DNA from: Raja brachyura
Taxonomy: Eukaryota
Direction of reading: 5' to 3'
Length of the DNA stretch: 64,000 nt
Assembly (NCBI GenBank): GCA_963514005.1
Contig: OY740811.1
Span: forward strand, 5,890,001 to 5,954,000
The position numbers and the translations under genes are program-made. Below are positions 37,273-50,380 of this stretch, piece by piece (within the stretch, counting starts at the first letter, position 1; every line of letters begins with the position of its first letter). The notes beneath the pieces were generated by a model. That model searched no databases and had not been told where the DNA came from. It saw nothing but the letters and a program-made list of their open reading frames with translations.

Positions 37273-37997
37273 AAAGTTTAGTTGGTGCACCCTCCCATGT
37301 CCACACACACACATCTGGGATCATCTTCTTGCTTGACACAAGATCTGTTTTTTATTTTCCTTCTTACTTTATGTGAGATCTGCTTTTCATATCTTCTTCA
37401 GTTTGTAACCTATGTACCATGTGCGCAAATTGCTTGTTCTAATTGTGGGTACTTGTGGAATTAGGGAGACACAGACCCCGACAGGTGGGAGAGCATGTAA
37501 TCTTTGATTATTCCTTTCACCAATCACACTGCGCACATACACGCACATCATCCGCTATTTGCATGTAATGGGCCTGCTGTGAGTGCCTTGGCCTGCTGTG
37601 AATGTCAAGGCACAAGAAGAACAAATGATATTTGGACCAGAAATGGTTTTGTTATTGCAAGCAAATAGTGACAGTCGGAGGATTGGGAAAATTGAGCATC
37701 AGAAGCCAGATGGGTTCTTGTTTAGGATTTGGGAGGATGGGCTGTCACCAGTGGCCTGGTGCAACTTGGGGGAAAGGTACTGCTGCATCGAAGGCAGTTG
37801 GGACCATGGGTGAAGTTTTATGTTGCAATGAAGACTTGTTGACCTAAAAGTAAGTAGGGCAGTGGCAAAAAGGGAACAGAGTTACCATGCAAATCGGAAT
37901 TTGGGGTATCTGGTTAGGGACAAAAGGAAGGTCAGTGGTGTTATTGCTGAAGGTTAGGTTTGATACCGTGGTGGGAAATGGGAGGAGGGCAAAAGGC

Positions 37998-38292
37998 AAG
38001 GTAGAGTTGCTGCCTCACAGCACCAGAAACCCAGGTTCGATCCTGACTACAGGTGCTGTCTGCTATGTGTCTGGTACACTTTCTCTGTGACCATGTGGGT
38101 TTTCTCCGATTTCCAACTCACATTCCAAAGACATGCAGGTCTGTTGGTTAATTGGCATCTGCAAATTGCCCTGGTGTGCGAGGTGCTAAAGTGGAATAAC
38201 ATAGAATTAGTGTATGGGTAATCAATGGTTGGCATGGACTAAATGGGCCAAAGGGTCTGTTTCCATACTGTATCTGTACACTAGAACTAAAC
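37998..38292 (+). mobile_element. tRNA-derived SINE (HE1-like)
   Basis: GGTAGAGTTGCTGCCTCACAGC...GGTTCGATCC...GGGCCAAAGGGTCTGTTTCC...ACTAAA. Confidence 0.82.
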
Positions 38293-38534
38293 GATCCCTG
38301 CTGTACACCACTAGTCACAGCTCACCAATCTGAAAATGTTTGTGAACATTAAGCCATTTTCATCAATCCCTTTACAGAATCCAAGCCGCCCATTCTCCGC
38401 AACCTCACTTTCAGGCTGAATTAGATTGTAGTTTCATTTATTCTATTTAACCCTAACCTGAGCTTTTCTGGGCGAACTGTGTCTATTGCCTCATTAATAC
38501 CAACTTCCTCCTCCACCATCGGTTTTGCTTCAGT

Positions 38535-38880
38535 CCACCTGGTGCTGCAACACAGTGGCTGCCTCACAGCTCCAGAGATCTGTATTCAATTCCAACCTCA
38601 TGGGTCTTGTGTGTATGGAGTTTGCATATTCACCATGTGACCACGACGATGTCCTTCAGGTGTCCAGGTTTACGGTTTATCCCAGAAATGTGTGCATTGG
38701 TAGATTAGGCTGCAGTAAATTTACCCTAATGTGGAGGAAAGTGGTGGAATCTGTGGAGGTAGTTGATGGGAATATGGGAAAACTAAAACGGGTCTGAGTA
38801 AGATTAGTGTAAAAACGGGTGGTTTGGTAGTTGGCATGGACTCAGTAGGCCACACGACCTGTTCCTGCTCAATGACTCCA
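38535..38880 (+). mobile_element. Older SINE variant of the same superfamily
   Basis: GCTGCCTCACAGCTCCAGAGA...GGAGTTTGCATATTC...GGCATGGACTCAGTAGGCC. Confidence 0.6.
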
Positions 38881-39239
38881 CGACTCAGCTTTTCCTACCA
38901 TTCCTGAATTAACTTCCCATCTTCCAGACTTTGTAAAATTTGTCTGGACCAAACTTCATGACTTCCACCACGTTCAGCTGTTCTATCACTCCCCTCTTGC
39001 AAATCTACTTTGGACTTCAGGTACCAGAAATCACATTTTCAACCACCTTGAAATTCCTACCTTTTTACCCACTGCAACAATCCTTTCTCATTCTTTCCTC
39101 TGTACTAGTAGACCCCTCCTAAGCACCCATACCCAAATCCGCAACCACTCTTACAAATTATCCATTACTCAGGCCGATTATGAATTATCTCATAATCAGT
39201 GGCCCGGCCACCAACAGTAACAGGAGCAGATCCTGAATC

Positions 39240-39614
39240 ACTTACAAAATTCTTAAGGGGTTGGACAAGCTAGATGCTGGAAGATTGTTCCCGATGTTGG
39301 GGGAGTCCAGAACAAGGGGTCACAGTCTAAGGATAAGGGGGAGTTCCTTTAGGACCGAAATGAGGAAAACATTCTTTACACAGAGAGTGGTGAGTCTCTA
39401 GAATTCTCTGCCACAGAAGGTAGTTGAGGCCAGTTCATTGGCTATATTTAAGAGGGCGTTAGATGTGGCACTTGTGGCTAAAGGAATCAGGGGGTATGGA
39501 GAGAAGGCAGGTACGGGATACTGAGTTGGATGATCAGCCATGATCACATTGAATGGCGGTGCAGGCTCGAAGGGCCGAATGGCCTACTCCTGCACCTATT
39601 TTCTATGTTTCTAT
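39240..39614 (+). mobile_element. CR1 LINE 3' end with (TTTCTATG)n tail
   Basis: YKILKGLDKLDAGRLFP...FFTQRVV; 3' stem-loop GGTGCAGGCTCGAAGGGCCGAATGGCCTACTCCTGCACC. Confidence 0.9.
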
Positions 39615-41542
39615 CGCTTCCTAAATAGGTCGGCCTCTCAGTCTTCATCGCTATAAGATGTTCCCCAAAAAACCCACCACCACTCGTAACGCCTCCTTCT
39701 TTACCTTAGTGTCCACGTTGCTCCGATCACATTTCTGTTTTATACCATGGAGCATTTTTCTACTTTAAAGATCTACTTAAATGTTAGATTATTATTTTAG
39801 AATGAATTGTAGTACCGTGTAACATAAAATACACTGTTCTCTGGTTAATAAATATTCTAATGTGGAGTGTAAATCCAGGCTGCAGCATTCAGTTATAGCT
39901 GTTACTGCTGCTCATTGTCATTCTACTCAGTATAACTCCCTCTGGACCCATGCAGGTCACTGACGTTTATTAAAACCTCAGATTAATAGCTATGGGAAAA
40001 GACATTTTCACAAACATGATAAATATTAATAATAATCAATATTAACTTACATTTGCTAAATTGAGCTACAAACAATACCCAAGGGTGAATTTTCACCAGA
40101 ATCTGCAGCTGTCTGGAGAGGTAAGGGAGAGGGGATGAGGGACAAGGGTGTTGAAACATAATAAAAGAAAATGTCGACCTTTTTTTTCCCCTTGTCGGAG
40201 AACAATAGAATTCTCCATGATTTTATGTGTGAATTGTGATCTGAACAAGGAAATTGAGGAGGAAACAAAATGTTTATTTGGGTTTAGAGCTGTGTACAGT
40301 ACTTTTGCATTATTGTTCTATCCTGCTTTTGTCTTCAGTTATTTTTAGATAATGACATGTTTCTTGCTGAGGGAACAACAAGGAATTGTTAACAAAGAAC
40401 AAATAAATTGTAATTTTCTTCCTGAACTCTTTTTGCTTCAATGTTAAAACATTTCTGGTTCTCTAAGGCACATGGACAGAGGGAGATATTTGAGCAAACC
40501 CATTCCTGATTCCTGAAACTCCACCTGATTTTCTTCAACCAAGGAACGTTAAATGTTGCTTTATAACAGGCCAACTTACTCATCAAGGACTTGGGATTGT
40601 TTGGGGGGAATTTTACTGCATAATAATGGCTCAAAGTAACAATTATTTGCTGAGCCATCAGGGTAGTACTTACAAACCTAATCATGGCGTGGTTTAGTCA
40701 CGAGATTCTGTCTTGTAATGTTACCTGGTTCCAAGTTACATTCTCATCAGAATTTTTGATTAACTCTGAAGAACACTGGTTTATTGTAGCAATTCAACGT
40801 CAGCTTTTGCTGCATGAAACTGGAGGGAAGCCCCAAAGGGCAAATATATGTTTCTAACATAACTTTAAGATCCCTGGCCTTATGCCACTTGACGGAAAAC
40901 TTGGTCACATCCCCCTACTTCAGCAAAACTTAATGTGGTTCGAAGTCACACACAATGGCTTTCATTGTTCTTTTTTTAACCTTGAGCTGATGCCCTTTCA
41001 ATATAGGGATGCTAAAACTGCACACCTCTTCCTATACCCCCTATCATCCCTCCCTCCTAAATCCATTACTCCTTTGATGGTAAACAATTTGAAATACATC
41101 AAATAAGCCTCTGGGGTACTTAATACACCATTGTTTCCCTTTGAGCCGGGACGGTTGCTCACTTGAAAAAGATTTAATTTTGTAGATTGATCTCAATTGA
41201 TCCCTACCTCATGCAAACATTATCATATTGTCAGCTGGGAAGTGAAAACAATGGAAATAATTGAGAAGTTCCATTAATTTTAACCGTTAACAACAAGGAA
41301 TAGTTGTGCCATGTAAGTACCACATCCAAAGCACCACAGCGCTATTCTTCTATACTGATATTGTAAAATCACCAGCATACTACCTACATTCCCTGCCTTT
41401 TGTTTCAATCACTGTTGCTAATTACAGAAATTACTATTATTTTGCTCTCATTGCAAGATATTTTGATAACCATTGTGATTGGGCGAGAAAAACATTCTGC
41501 GGATAATTTAAATAATTGATGCATAGTTTAAATCACAGGATG

Positions 41543-41640
41543 GTAAACACAAAATGCTGGAGTAACTCAGTGGGACAGATAGCATCTCTGGAGAGAAGAA
41601 ATAGCTGAGGTTGCGGGTCGAGACCCTTCTTCAGACCTAT
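41543..41640 (-). mobile_element. 98-bp PLE terminal insertion with TSD and hammerhead-like motif (41607-41634)
   Basis: Perfect TSD ATCACAGGATG (41532-41542 / 41641-41651); minus strand GTCTGAAGAAGGGTCTCGACCCGCAACCTC. Confidence 0.82.
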
Positions 41641-42769
41641 ATCACAGGATGTTGTAATGAATCAGTTCAATAGTCTTTCCGCACCGAAGCTTTATATTCT
41701 TGTCACGTCAAAAGCGATCTAGGCCCCTGGTCCCTTTCAGAGTTGAGTATAAATCCTCACATGGGTGTAATCCATTAGATTTAAGATCTCTCAGAGGAAT
41801 GGGACCTCAACAACCTCACTACACCATGGGTGAAATCTATGCCAAATTCATCTCATTCCAAGCTGCCTTCCCAATCATCTTCCAAATCTAGTATGTCTAG
41901 AAATTCATACCCAAATGGTAGCAGTTCCTGCTGACAGAGGTAAATGAGAGGCATATACCATTTTTGAAATGTCATTACAATTTGTAGACATCACTATAAA
42001 TTCCATTTAGTTCTTTCAAGCGGGAATAATGTTTATGTAACAAAATATTTAAAACATCTATTCTAATCATGCATTGTAAACTCTGCATTATTTTATTTAC
42101 ATCTTGCTAATTTTATATTTTAGTTTAGTCTAGGTAACAGAATAGGTGGATGAGGAATTTCTCTGATGGGGTGAAATTCTGTAGCCACTGTGGGCCAGTT
42201 ATGCTCCTTCATCTGTGTAACATGCTGTAAATGTTGTAAAGTCTGCATAATATTGTACAGTTAGGTCCATTGGGACATGCCCAACAGCCCAGAGTATACG
42301 AATGGAAGAAAAAGAGAGGGGGGGGGGGGAATGCTTGACAACATACAAACAATGAAAGAGCCGGCTGTCTAAAGATGTAGAGTTTGATATTGAGTCCTGG
42401 AATTGTCCAGAAGAAAGATGTGGTGTTGTTCCTCAAATTTGCTTTTTGCCTCATAGTAGGAGGCAGGAGCCTACAGACAGTGAGATGAGAATAGGAATAC
42501 GATGAGAATTAAAGTGGCAGGCACATGGAAGCTCAGGGTCACTTCTGAAGATGCAGTGGTCCATAATTGCTTTTGGTTTCCCCAATGTTCACAATGTTCC
42601 TCTGCAATCATCTCTTCCTTTTTCTCTCATTTGTATATTTTGGTTTGCTTGGGAAGTTCCAATACACCAGACGATACAATATTACCCAGATTTACTAAAT
42701 AACACATTATACGGACAAAGGAACTTAGCATCATCTGTGGACATCGCTGAATCGTGATGTGCTCATCCT

Positions 42770-43660
42770 CTAGGAAACATGATGTCCCCCCCTGCTAGAG
42801 ATGTGCTCCTTCACCCCATTCTCCCCGTGTTCCACAGTTCTGCTCTCCCTCTCCCTCCACCAAGCCAGAACAAGATTGGAGATTCCCTGGTCCATATATT
42901 TCACCACACCAGCCTCCACATCCAACACATAATTTTCTGACATTTTTGCACCTTCAGCGAGTCACATCTTTTCATCCCCACCCCTTTCTGCTTTCCAGAC
43001 CACTCCCTAGGCACTTTCCCCAGTAACTGCAGGACCTGTTTCTATAACTTCCTCTTAATTTCCATCCAGGAGTCCCACCAGCCCTTCCAGATGAGACTGG
43101 GGTTCACATGTACTTCTTCAAACCTCATCTATTGCATTCAGTACACCCGATGTGGCCTCCTTTCCATCGGCAAGACCACGTGTACACTGGTCGAGTTTTT
43201 CACAGAACACTTGCATTCTGCCTGCCAAGACTGCTCGATCTCCCAGTTGCTTAGTATTTTAACTCCTCTTTCCATTCCCATTTTTCTGTACTTGGCCTCC
43301 TCTGTTACCAAAGTGAGGTCAAATTCAAACTGAAGGAACATCAACTCCTATTTCTATTGGGAAGCTAGCAACCCAATGGTATGAACGCTGGATTCTCCAA
43401 CTTCAAGTAACAGCCCTCCCTCCCTTTCTTTCCCATGCCATCCACTCCAACCCTAGTGCATCTCCCCCCCCCCCCCCCCCCCCAGCTCTAATCAGTTTGA
43501 AGTGGCTATGCTATGTAAACCAACTTGCTTTCCCTTTTCCCAGTTCTGATGAGGTGTCACAGACCTGAAATGTTATGTTTCTCCATCCACAGATACTGCT
43601 GAGATCTTCCAGCTTTTTTCTGTTGATACTTCAGATTTCCAGTACCTGCAGTTTCTTTGG
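42770..43660 (+). mobile_element. Degenerate PLE (linker plus GIY-YIG) with a distinct terminal motif
   Basis: ORF 43091 FTCTSSNLIYCIQYTRCGLLSIGKTTCTL.E.FTEHLHS; terminus CAGTTCTGATGAGGTGTCACAGACCTGAAATGTT (43546-43574). Confidence 0.8.
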
Positions 43661-44924
43661 ATTTTCGGGCACATGGAAATCCTTTTGGGACAAAATTGCT
43701 AACTCACCCCTCAAAACTTCCTGCAAACATCGGCTAAACCTAGAGACCCTCTGGGAGATAGATCATTCCGCAACATATCGCTGGTCCCTTGTTGCAAATA
43801 CAGGTGCACTTCTGGGACCATGTGTAAATATTGGCACATTCCTAGGCATTCCTCCCTGGAAATCGAGACAGGCTCCCAGGGACATTTAAAAGATCATTAA
43901 CTATCCCAGGAGAATGATGCTATGGTAGCAGAAAGCATTTTTATTCATGTACAACAACAGAAATAATGTGTTAATAAGTAAATAAATGCAGAAAAATACA
44001 TAACATTCTCAAGACACCGTGTGTGCTCAACGTATACCTGACTGAAAATGATTGATTCTGTAGCCTCAAAGATTTCTTTTCATTTACTTGGATAAAATGA
44101 CTCTGTTTTAAAAAGCTTTCACTTATAAACAGTACATTCTGATATGGGCTAGGACTTTATATGGTCATAAATTTCTATATTCCAGTTTACTGACTAGTCA
44201 TCCTGATCTACAGTATATTAAAAACCCCTCCTTAGGGTGCTATGCAGGCTAGTGTAGGGGCTCCACTGTTTGTGTTACAGGCTGGTGCCTTCATATCCCC
44301 TCCTGCTTTTAATGTTGCTCCAGGCTAAACTGGTGAAATGACCTGGTGTGCAACTGTAATTTTTATAAAGGATTGTTTTCTCAAATAATCTCTTTGTTTC
44401 AAAGAAATGTGATTTACTTCCTCCTGTTCTCTTTTATTCAGTGGTTAATACATATCTGCCATTGCCCCTTGGGCTATGAAAGGTAGTTTTGCTTCCTCTG
44501 CAACTCAACCCCTGCTGTTCCTACAATCATATCTGACTCTCACTGCAAACAGCAATTACTGTCTGCTGTTCACAGTCTCGGTTGGTAAACACACTGGCCA
44601 TGTGGGACGCAGCTATTCAATTCTTGAAGGTCTCCAGTTCAATTCCCTCGTCTGCTCTGAGTTAGCTGATCTCAGTCAGGGTGGCATTAGGAATGTTACA
44701 ATTGGTCTCAGGTTTCCACAACTGCAGGCGGAGAGTGGGTGAACTACATGCAATTATATGGCCCCTTCTAAGATGCTCCATATATGTTTACAGCCACCAT
44801 GTGTTTTTGAATGAAGTTAATACGGTATGTGAAAAAAATACAATCATATTTACATGGCAAGATTCCACTTGAATAGTGAGATAAAGATAAAAGTATTTTA
44901 TTGCTACTGGCTAAAGATTAAGCA

Positions 44925-45135
44925 TTGGCCAAAATATTGTGGAGAGCCTCATTATTTTTGTTCCAATGGTGGCATTGGGTTTTGTACATCCACCTAAACC
45001 TGCAGGCCTCATTTAAGGTCTCAATCACACAAACACAGCTGATAGAGTACTCCTTCTTGCAGCACTTAGTGTCAACCTGAATCTTGTGCTGGGCTTTCTG
45101 AAGTGTAGATTGATCGTCATACCCTTCAGACAGTG
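44925..45135 (-). mobile_element. Old Deu-domain SINE fragment
   Basis: TTGGCCAAAATATTGTGGAGAGCC...TTTTGTACATCCACCT...TTTAAGGTCTCA resembles the reverse complement of the Deu core. Confidence 0.5.
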
Positions 45136-45484
45136 CTGACAGTAAGGCCACAGGACAACAAATATGCAAACATTCTTGCTCTTTATTCCCAATCAATTAA
45201 GACAATTAGTAAAATATTATACACAAATGTGAAGAATAAAATCACGTGCGGATGTCAGAGACTTGATAATACCATTAGAACCAAATTATTGAAAGATTGA
45301 AAAAAAAATCACAAATTAATTATCTAGTAATTAAAGATTTAGTATAAGCATCGTCTTTCAGAAAAGATTGTATTTACATTGCTGTTGCAAACCTCTGGAT
45401 AATAATCCTTGTCCATAGTCGTCCTGTCAGGGATGCTGTAAATTCTTGGGATAAGATGAAACTAGTTGATTTCTAACTTGCAGA

Positions 45485-46072
45485 GAACATAGTGCCGTGC
45501 TGCTAATGAACAGGCCCTTTGGCTCACAAAGTCTTTGACAAACATGAAGCCAAGCTAAATTAATTTCATCTGCCTGCATATGATCCATACCACTCAATTC
45601 CCTGCATATCATATAACCATATAACCATATAACAATTACAGCACGGAAACAGGCCTTCTCGGCCCTTCTGGTCCATGCTGATCATTTATTTTCCCCTATT
45701 TAAGAAAAGTTTATTTTCTTAAATAGGCATATCCATGTGTCTATCTTAAAGCCTCCACCACCCCTGGCAGTGGGTTCCTGGCACCCATCAGCCTCTGTGT
45801 AAAGTGTTGCCCCGCACGTCTCCATTAAACCTTAAAGCTATGTCCTCCAGTCGTTTGACATCTCCACACTAGGTAAAAAGGCTTTGACTTGTCTATCCTA
45901 TCTTTGCCTCTCATGATTTTACATACTTCCATCAGGTCACCCCTCAACCTCCGCCATTCCAAAGAAAATAATCCAAGTGTGTGTAATCTCTCCTTTTTGC
46001 TAATACCTTCTAATCCAGGAAGCATTCTAGTAAACCTCTTCTGCACCCTATCCAACGCCTTCACGTCCTTTA
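45485..46072 (-). mobile_element. CR1 LINE 3' fragment containing a young CR1 tail insertion (45611-45726)
   Basis: ORF 45825-46109 KDVKALDRVQKRFTRMLPGLEG..RLRGDLMEV; the insert has an (ATATAACC)n tail and TSD GCATATC. Confidence 0.82.
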
Positions 46073-46574
46073 TGTGGGGGCTATTTGCATACCTTGGGTA
46101 TGAAAGCAAAGAATTTCACTGTGACTTGTCACATGTAACAATAAAGTATTCATTCATTCATTTATTTATTCATTCGCATCCTTCCTGTGATGGGGTGAAC
46201 AGAATAGAACATCTGCGATTGAAAGCAGAGAGGATAACAAAATCTCCCTTAAACGTTTTATATTTGGCTTTTATTCGCATTAGCACATTAGCTTAATGTC
46301 GAGAAATATTCCAATTAATTATGCAGGAATTTGGCATCAGGACACACAAGAAATATTGAGATGGGGTAGATGTTAAGAAGCCGTTAAAAGAAGAGAACTA
46401 CAAGAGAACTACATAAGTATATTTGCACTGAAGTTCAATGTTAAGGTGCTCATGAGTTTGGGATGCAACCATCCTTGGGAATGCAAGGCACTGCCATTAA
46501 AGCTGTAACAAGGGACCTGAGTTGCATAAGACCAGTATTAGATGTATGCATGTTATAATCCTTTTCTTTCATAG

Positions 46575-47460
46575 AATGGCGGTTGAGGGGAGATCTGATA
46601 TAAGTAAATAAAGTTATGAGAGGCAGTTAGAAGCTTTTTCCCATGGTGGGAAAGGCCACACAGCTTTAAAAGGGGCAATGATTAAAACGGATGTGCAGGG
46701 CAAGTTTTTTTTACACAGTGGTGTGGTGGTGGAGGCATTTAAGAGGCCTTTGAATACGTATTTGGACATGCAGAGAATTACGTGCAGACAACAGAGATTA
46801 GTTTAATTTGACATCATGTTCGTTCTGGACATTGTGGGCCAAAGGCTTTGTTCATGTGTTGTTCTATGATCTATGGACACAGGGAAATTAGCACCAGCCT
46901 TTGTTTGTTGTTGCACAGCAATAATGTGACAGACTAATACCTGGCATTTACAAATTGTGTAAATCTATGATTGCAGTTTTATTACACGCTGTGACTAAAC
47001 AAAGCATTTTAATTTTCTCTTAGATTACGTTGGTTTAAATTGGCATTCCTTGAGTCATAAAGAGATGCAGAATGGACAGAGTCTCCGTGACCCACCATCT
47101 TTGCAGATCAGCAAACATCAGCAAACATCCATTTTGAATCCTCTATCTTGATTTCCTCCCCTTCCCTCAAATTTTATTATTTAATCGTTTTGTTATTTAT
47201 TATAGAAATTATTTTATTATTTTTTATAGTTTTAAGATAAGAATGCAAATTTATAGGAGATGTGCAGTGCAAGTCTTTTTTTACACAGAGGGTGGTGAGT
47301 GCCTGGAATGCGCTGCCGTGGGCCGTGGTGGAGGTAGAAACGTTGGTAGCATTTAAGATACTTTTGGATTGGGATATGGATGCTCATGGAATGGAGGTAT
47401 ATGGCACTGGTGGATAAGTGATAAGCTTGGCATTATATTTTGCACAGACTTTGTGGGCCA
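46575..47460 (+). mobile_element. Two old CR1 3' fragments (about 46575-46875 and 47230-47460)
   Basis: GGTTGAGGGGAGATCTGATA, TTTTTTACACAGAGGGTGGTGAGTGCCTGGAATGCGCTGCC, TTCTATGATCTATG tail. Confidence 0.65.
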
Positions 47461-47958
47461 TTATGGGCCAAGGCACGGTTTCATTAATTGGTCAGCACAC
47501 TCGGTTTTGTTGTACTCTTCCACCTATTGTCCGAGAGTTGTGTGGGTGTTAGCTACATTCTTCTTCTTTCTTTGATTTTTCTAAGCCGGTGAGAGAATTT
47601 GGTGTTACGGGCAACACCTTGTGCACAATGGTTCTCAATGTCAATGAGGTGACCAGAAGTTCACTTTGCTCTCTCTCGTAGCTGCATCGTTTTAATATTG
47701 CATTTAATTGGAGTAGAAAGCATCAAATTAGAAATGCAACACAGGTTTACAAATATGTCAAAGATTTCACCACTAGTTTGGTTAAGAACCTATAAATTGC
47801 CAAAAAAGAGAATCATAGCAGTCGCTGAAGAAATCCAATTGATATGCCCTGGTGCTATCAGGTAGATTAAAGTTCACTTAGCATTGGTCAGGATTTATCC
47901 CCAAAGCTGAGATGAACATCAGCTAACATCCAGAAATTAAAAAATCATCTATCTCATC

Positions 47959-48169
47959 TAAGGTAGACTAAAACGCTGGAGAAACTCAATGGGTGAGGCA
48001 ACATCTATGGAGCGAAGGAAATAGGCAAAGTTTACCTATTTCCTTCTTCAGAAGGGTTTTGACCCGAAACGATGCCTATTTCCTTCGCTCCATAGATGCC
48101 TCCTCACCCGCTGAGTTTCTCCAGCATTTTTGTCTACCTTCGATTTTCCAGCATCTGCAGTTCCTTCTT
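47959..48169. mobile_element. Fold-back PLE-derived element (another subfamily) with TSD
   Basis: Arms GCTGGAGAAACTCA..GGGTGAGGC..CATCTATGGAGCGAAGGAAATAGGCA and their reverse complement; TSD AATCATCTATCTCATC (47943-47958) / AATCAACTATCCCATC (48170-48185). Confidence 0.75.
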
Positions 48170-49949
48170 AATCAACTATCCCATCGAGGTGTTTTTGAAA
48201 TCAAGTAAACCTACAACCTGCCACTCACTAACGTGCAAGTCAGCGTCCACGAAATACTATTAGATGTGCAAATGTTTTAACGTACTTATCCCCTCTATAA
48301 TGAAAAAGAAAGACTGAGAAATGTCACTAACATTGTCATACCAAGGCTTATGGAATGTTTGAAGGGATTAAAATGATATTGCATCTTGAAAACAATTATC
48401 GAAGGACAAACTATATTTTGACAGAGCAAGACTAGGAGAAGGGCTGAACAGAATGAACCTTAATAGTATCTTTTAAAAGATATTTAAAGAAACAAAGGAA
48501 CCATGCGGGGATGAACAAAAAGCAGTGCCAACGCAAACACGACTGTCTCACTAAATGCTGAATACATGTTTTGCTTTCCCTAGTGGATGAGAGATCAGGC
48601 CTGCAGTCTCCTATGCGCACTCTATAGCTTCATCTAGCAAACCACTGAAAAAATTCATTAATTTTTATTAACAGAGAAAGCCATTTGTCCCTGCAACAAT
48701 ATTTGACTTGTCTAAATGATTTTCACCTCTGCCATAAGGTATAGGCTCGGCACATATATCACCCGATTACTCTGAGACTAGTGACTCTCAGTCATTAGTG
48801 AGTGAATTAGAGATGATATAAAGTGCTATTAATCACCTTGACAAAAGCCTTAACGTTTCTGTGACCTGACCAGACTTGGGGGACAGGGAGATGCCTGAAC
48901 CGTGCCACTGAGAAATGAGCATTTGCTGGTCAGGCAGAAAAATAAAGAAAATTAGAAAGTCACCGACAATGAACCCAGAGCTAGCAGGGAAAATTGGATA
49001 AGGAGGAGGGCAAGAGGAAAGGCATCTTGCTTCAGGCTCCTGAAACTGCATTCTGGAACAGTGGTCTCCATTCCTAGCTGAAGGTTTCTCAGATGCATCA
49101 TGTTTATACGATTCATTGACTACCAATGGGTATTAATGACAAAATGCTTTGTCTTAATTTACAACTCTTTATTGACATGACCCTCTAATTATATGAAAGG
49201 TGAGGATATTTAAAGAGCCTCCTTAAGGCAACAATTGCTTATCAATGCCTCGATTTTCTAGCTATTCATTACTATGGATTTTTGTATCTACCCCTTTTAG
49301 GATGCAAAGGCATGTCCACAACTATGTGCCTGCCCATATCGCTTTATAAATATATTTTGTTCTATTATTGGTATTGTTGGGAGTACATACGCTGTAAATT
49401 CATCATGCTTTATTTTTCTACACGCTGTTAAAGTTGGAACTCTCTCACTTGAAGAAGACAGTGAACTGAGCACAACTAACAACTCACAAGCTGTTCATTG
49501 TTCCAGGTACAAGTCCAATTGCAGTTGACAATTAGTTCACCAAACACAGGCAATGTTGTCAAATGGTTTATATTGTTTCTATCTCAAATCTATCCCATTC
49601 CTGGCTTCATATGTGTTAGCTGCCTGCCCAGAATGGACTCATTTGCTTGATGTTGCACCTCAGTTGAGAAAACTTTCCACCACAAAGGCGTCGGAGTTGG
49701 GCAGAAATCTGTTTAAATCCACAATTTGTACAGGGCCGCTTTCCAAGAGGAAACTTCAGATCCTGTTGAGCACAACATCTGATTGTTCTCTTCTAATCCT
49801 AGGTGCTGAGGCTCAAGTGAATTAATTAATAGCATGGATAATAAATTGAAAGTGTGATATGACATGTTCCTGAACTGTACCATTCTGCACCAGATGCTGC
49901 TTTGAAGCATCTAAGCCATACAGTCATTCTTCTGTACCATTCATAGAAG

Positions 49950-50380
49950 AGTCAGTCATGGAGGCATACAGGGTGAAAAAATAACCTTTGGCCCAAGTAG
50001 TTCATGTCAACCAGGTTTTGCAACAAAGCTAGTCCCATTTGCCTACGTTCGCCATATCCCTCTAAACATTTCCTATCCATGTACCAGAATAAATGTATTT
50101 ATCGTGTCGCCATTGTACTCATCTTTACAGCTTCCTCGGCAGTTCATTCCGTATATGCACCACCCTCTGTATGAAGAAATTGCCCCCAAGTCCCTTTTAA
50201 ATCTTTCTCCTCTCACCTTAACCCTATGCCCTCTAGGCCTGGACTGTTCAACCGTGAGGAAAAAGCTATGGCTATTCACCTCATCTTTGCCTCTCATGAT
50301 CATATATATGTCACCCCTTAGTCTCCAGCACTCCAGTGGAAAGTGTCACAAAAGCCTCTGCTTGTAACTCAAGCCTTTGT
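49950..50380 (-). mobile_element. CR1 LINE 3' fragment
   Basis: ORF 50073-50303 IMRGKDEVNSHSFF..RPRGHRVKVRGERFKRDL. Confidence 0.8.
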
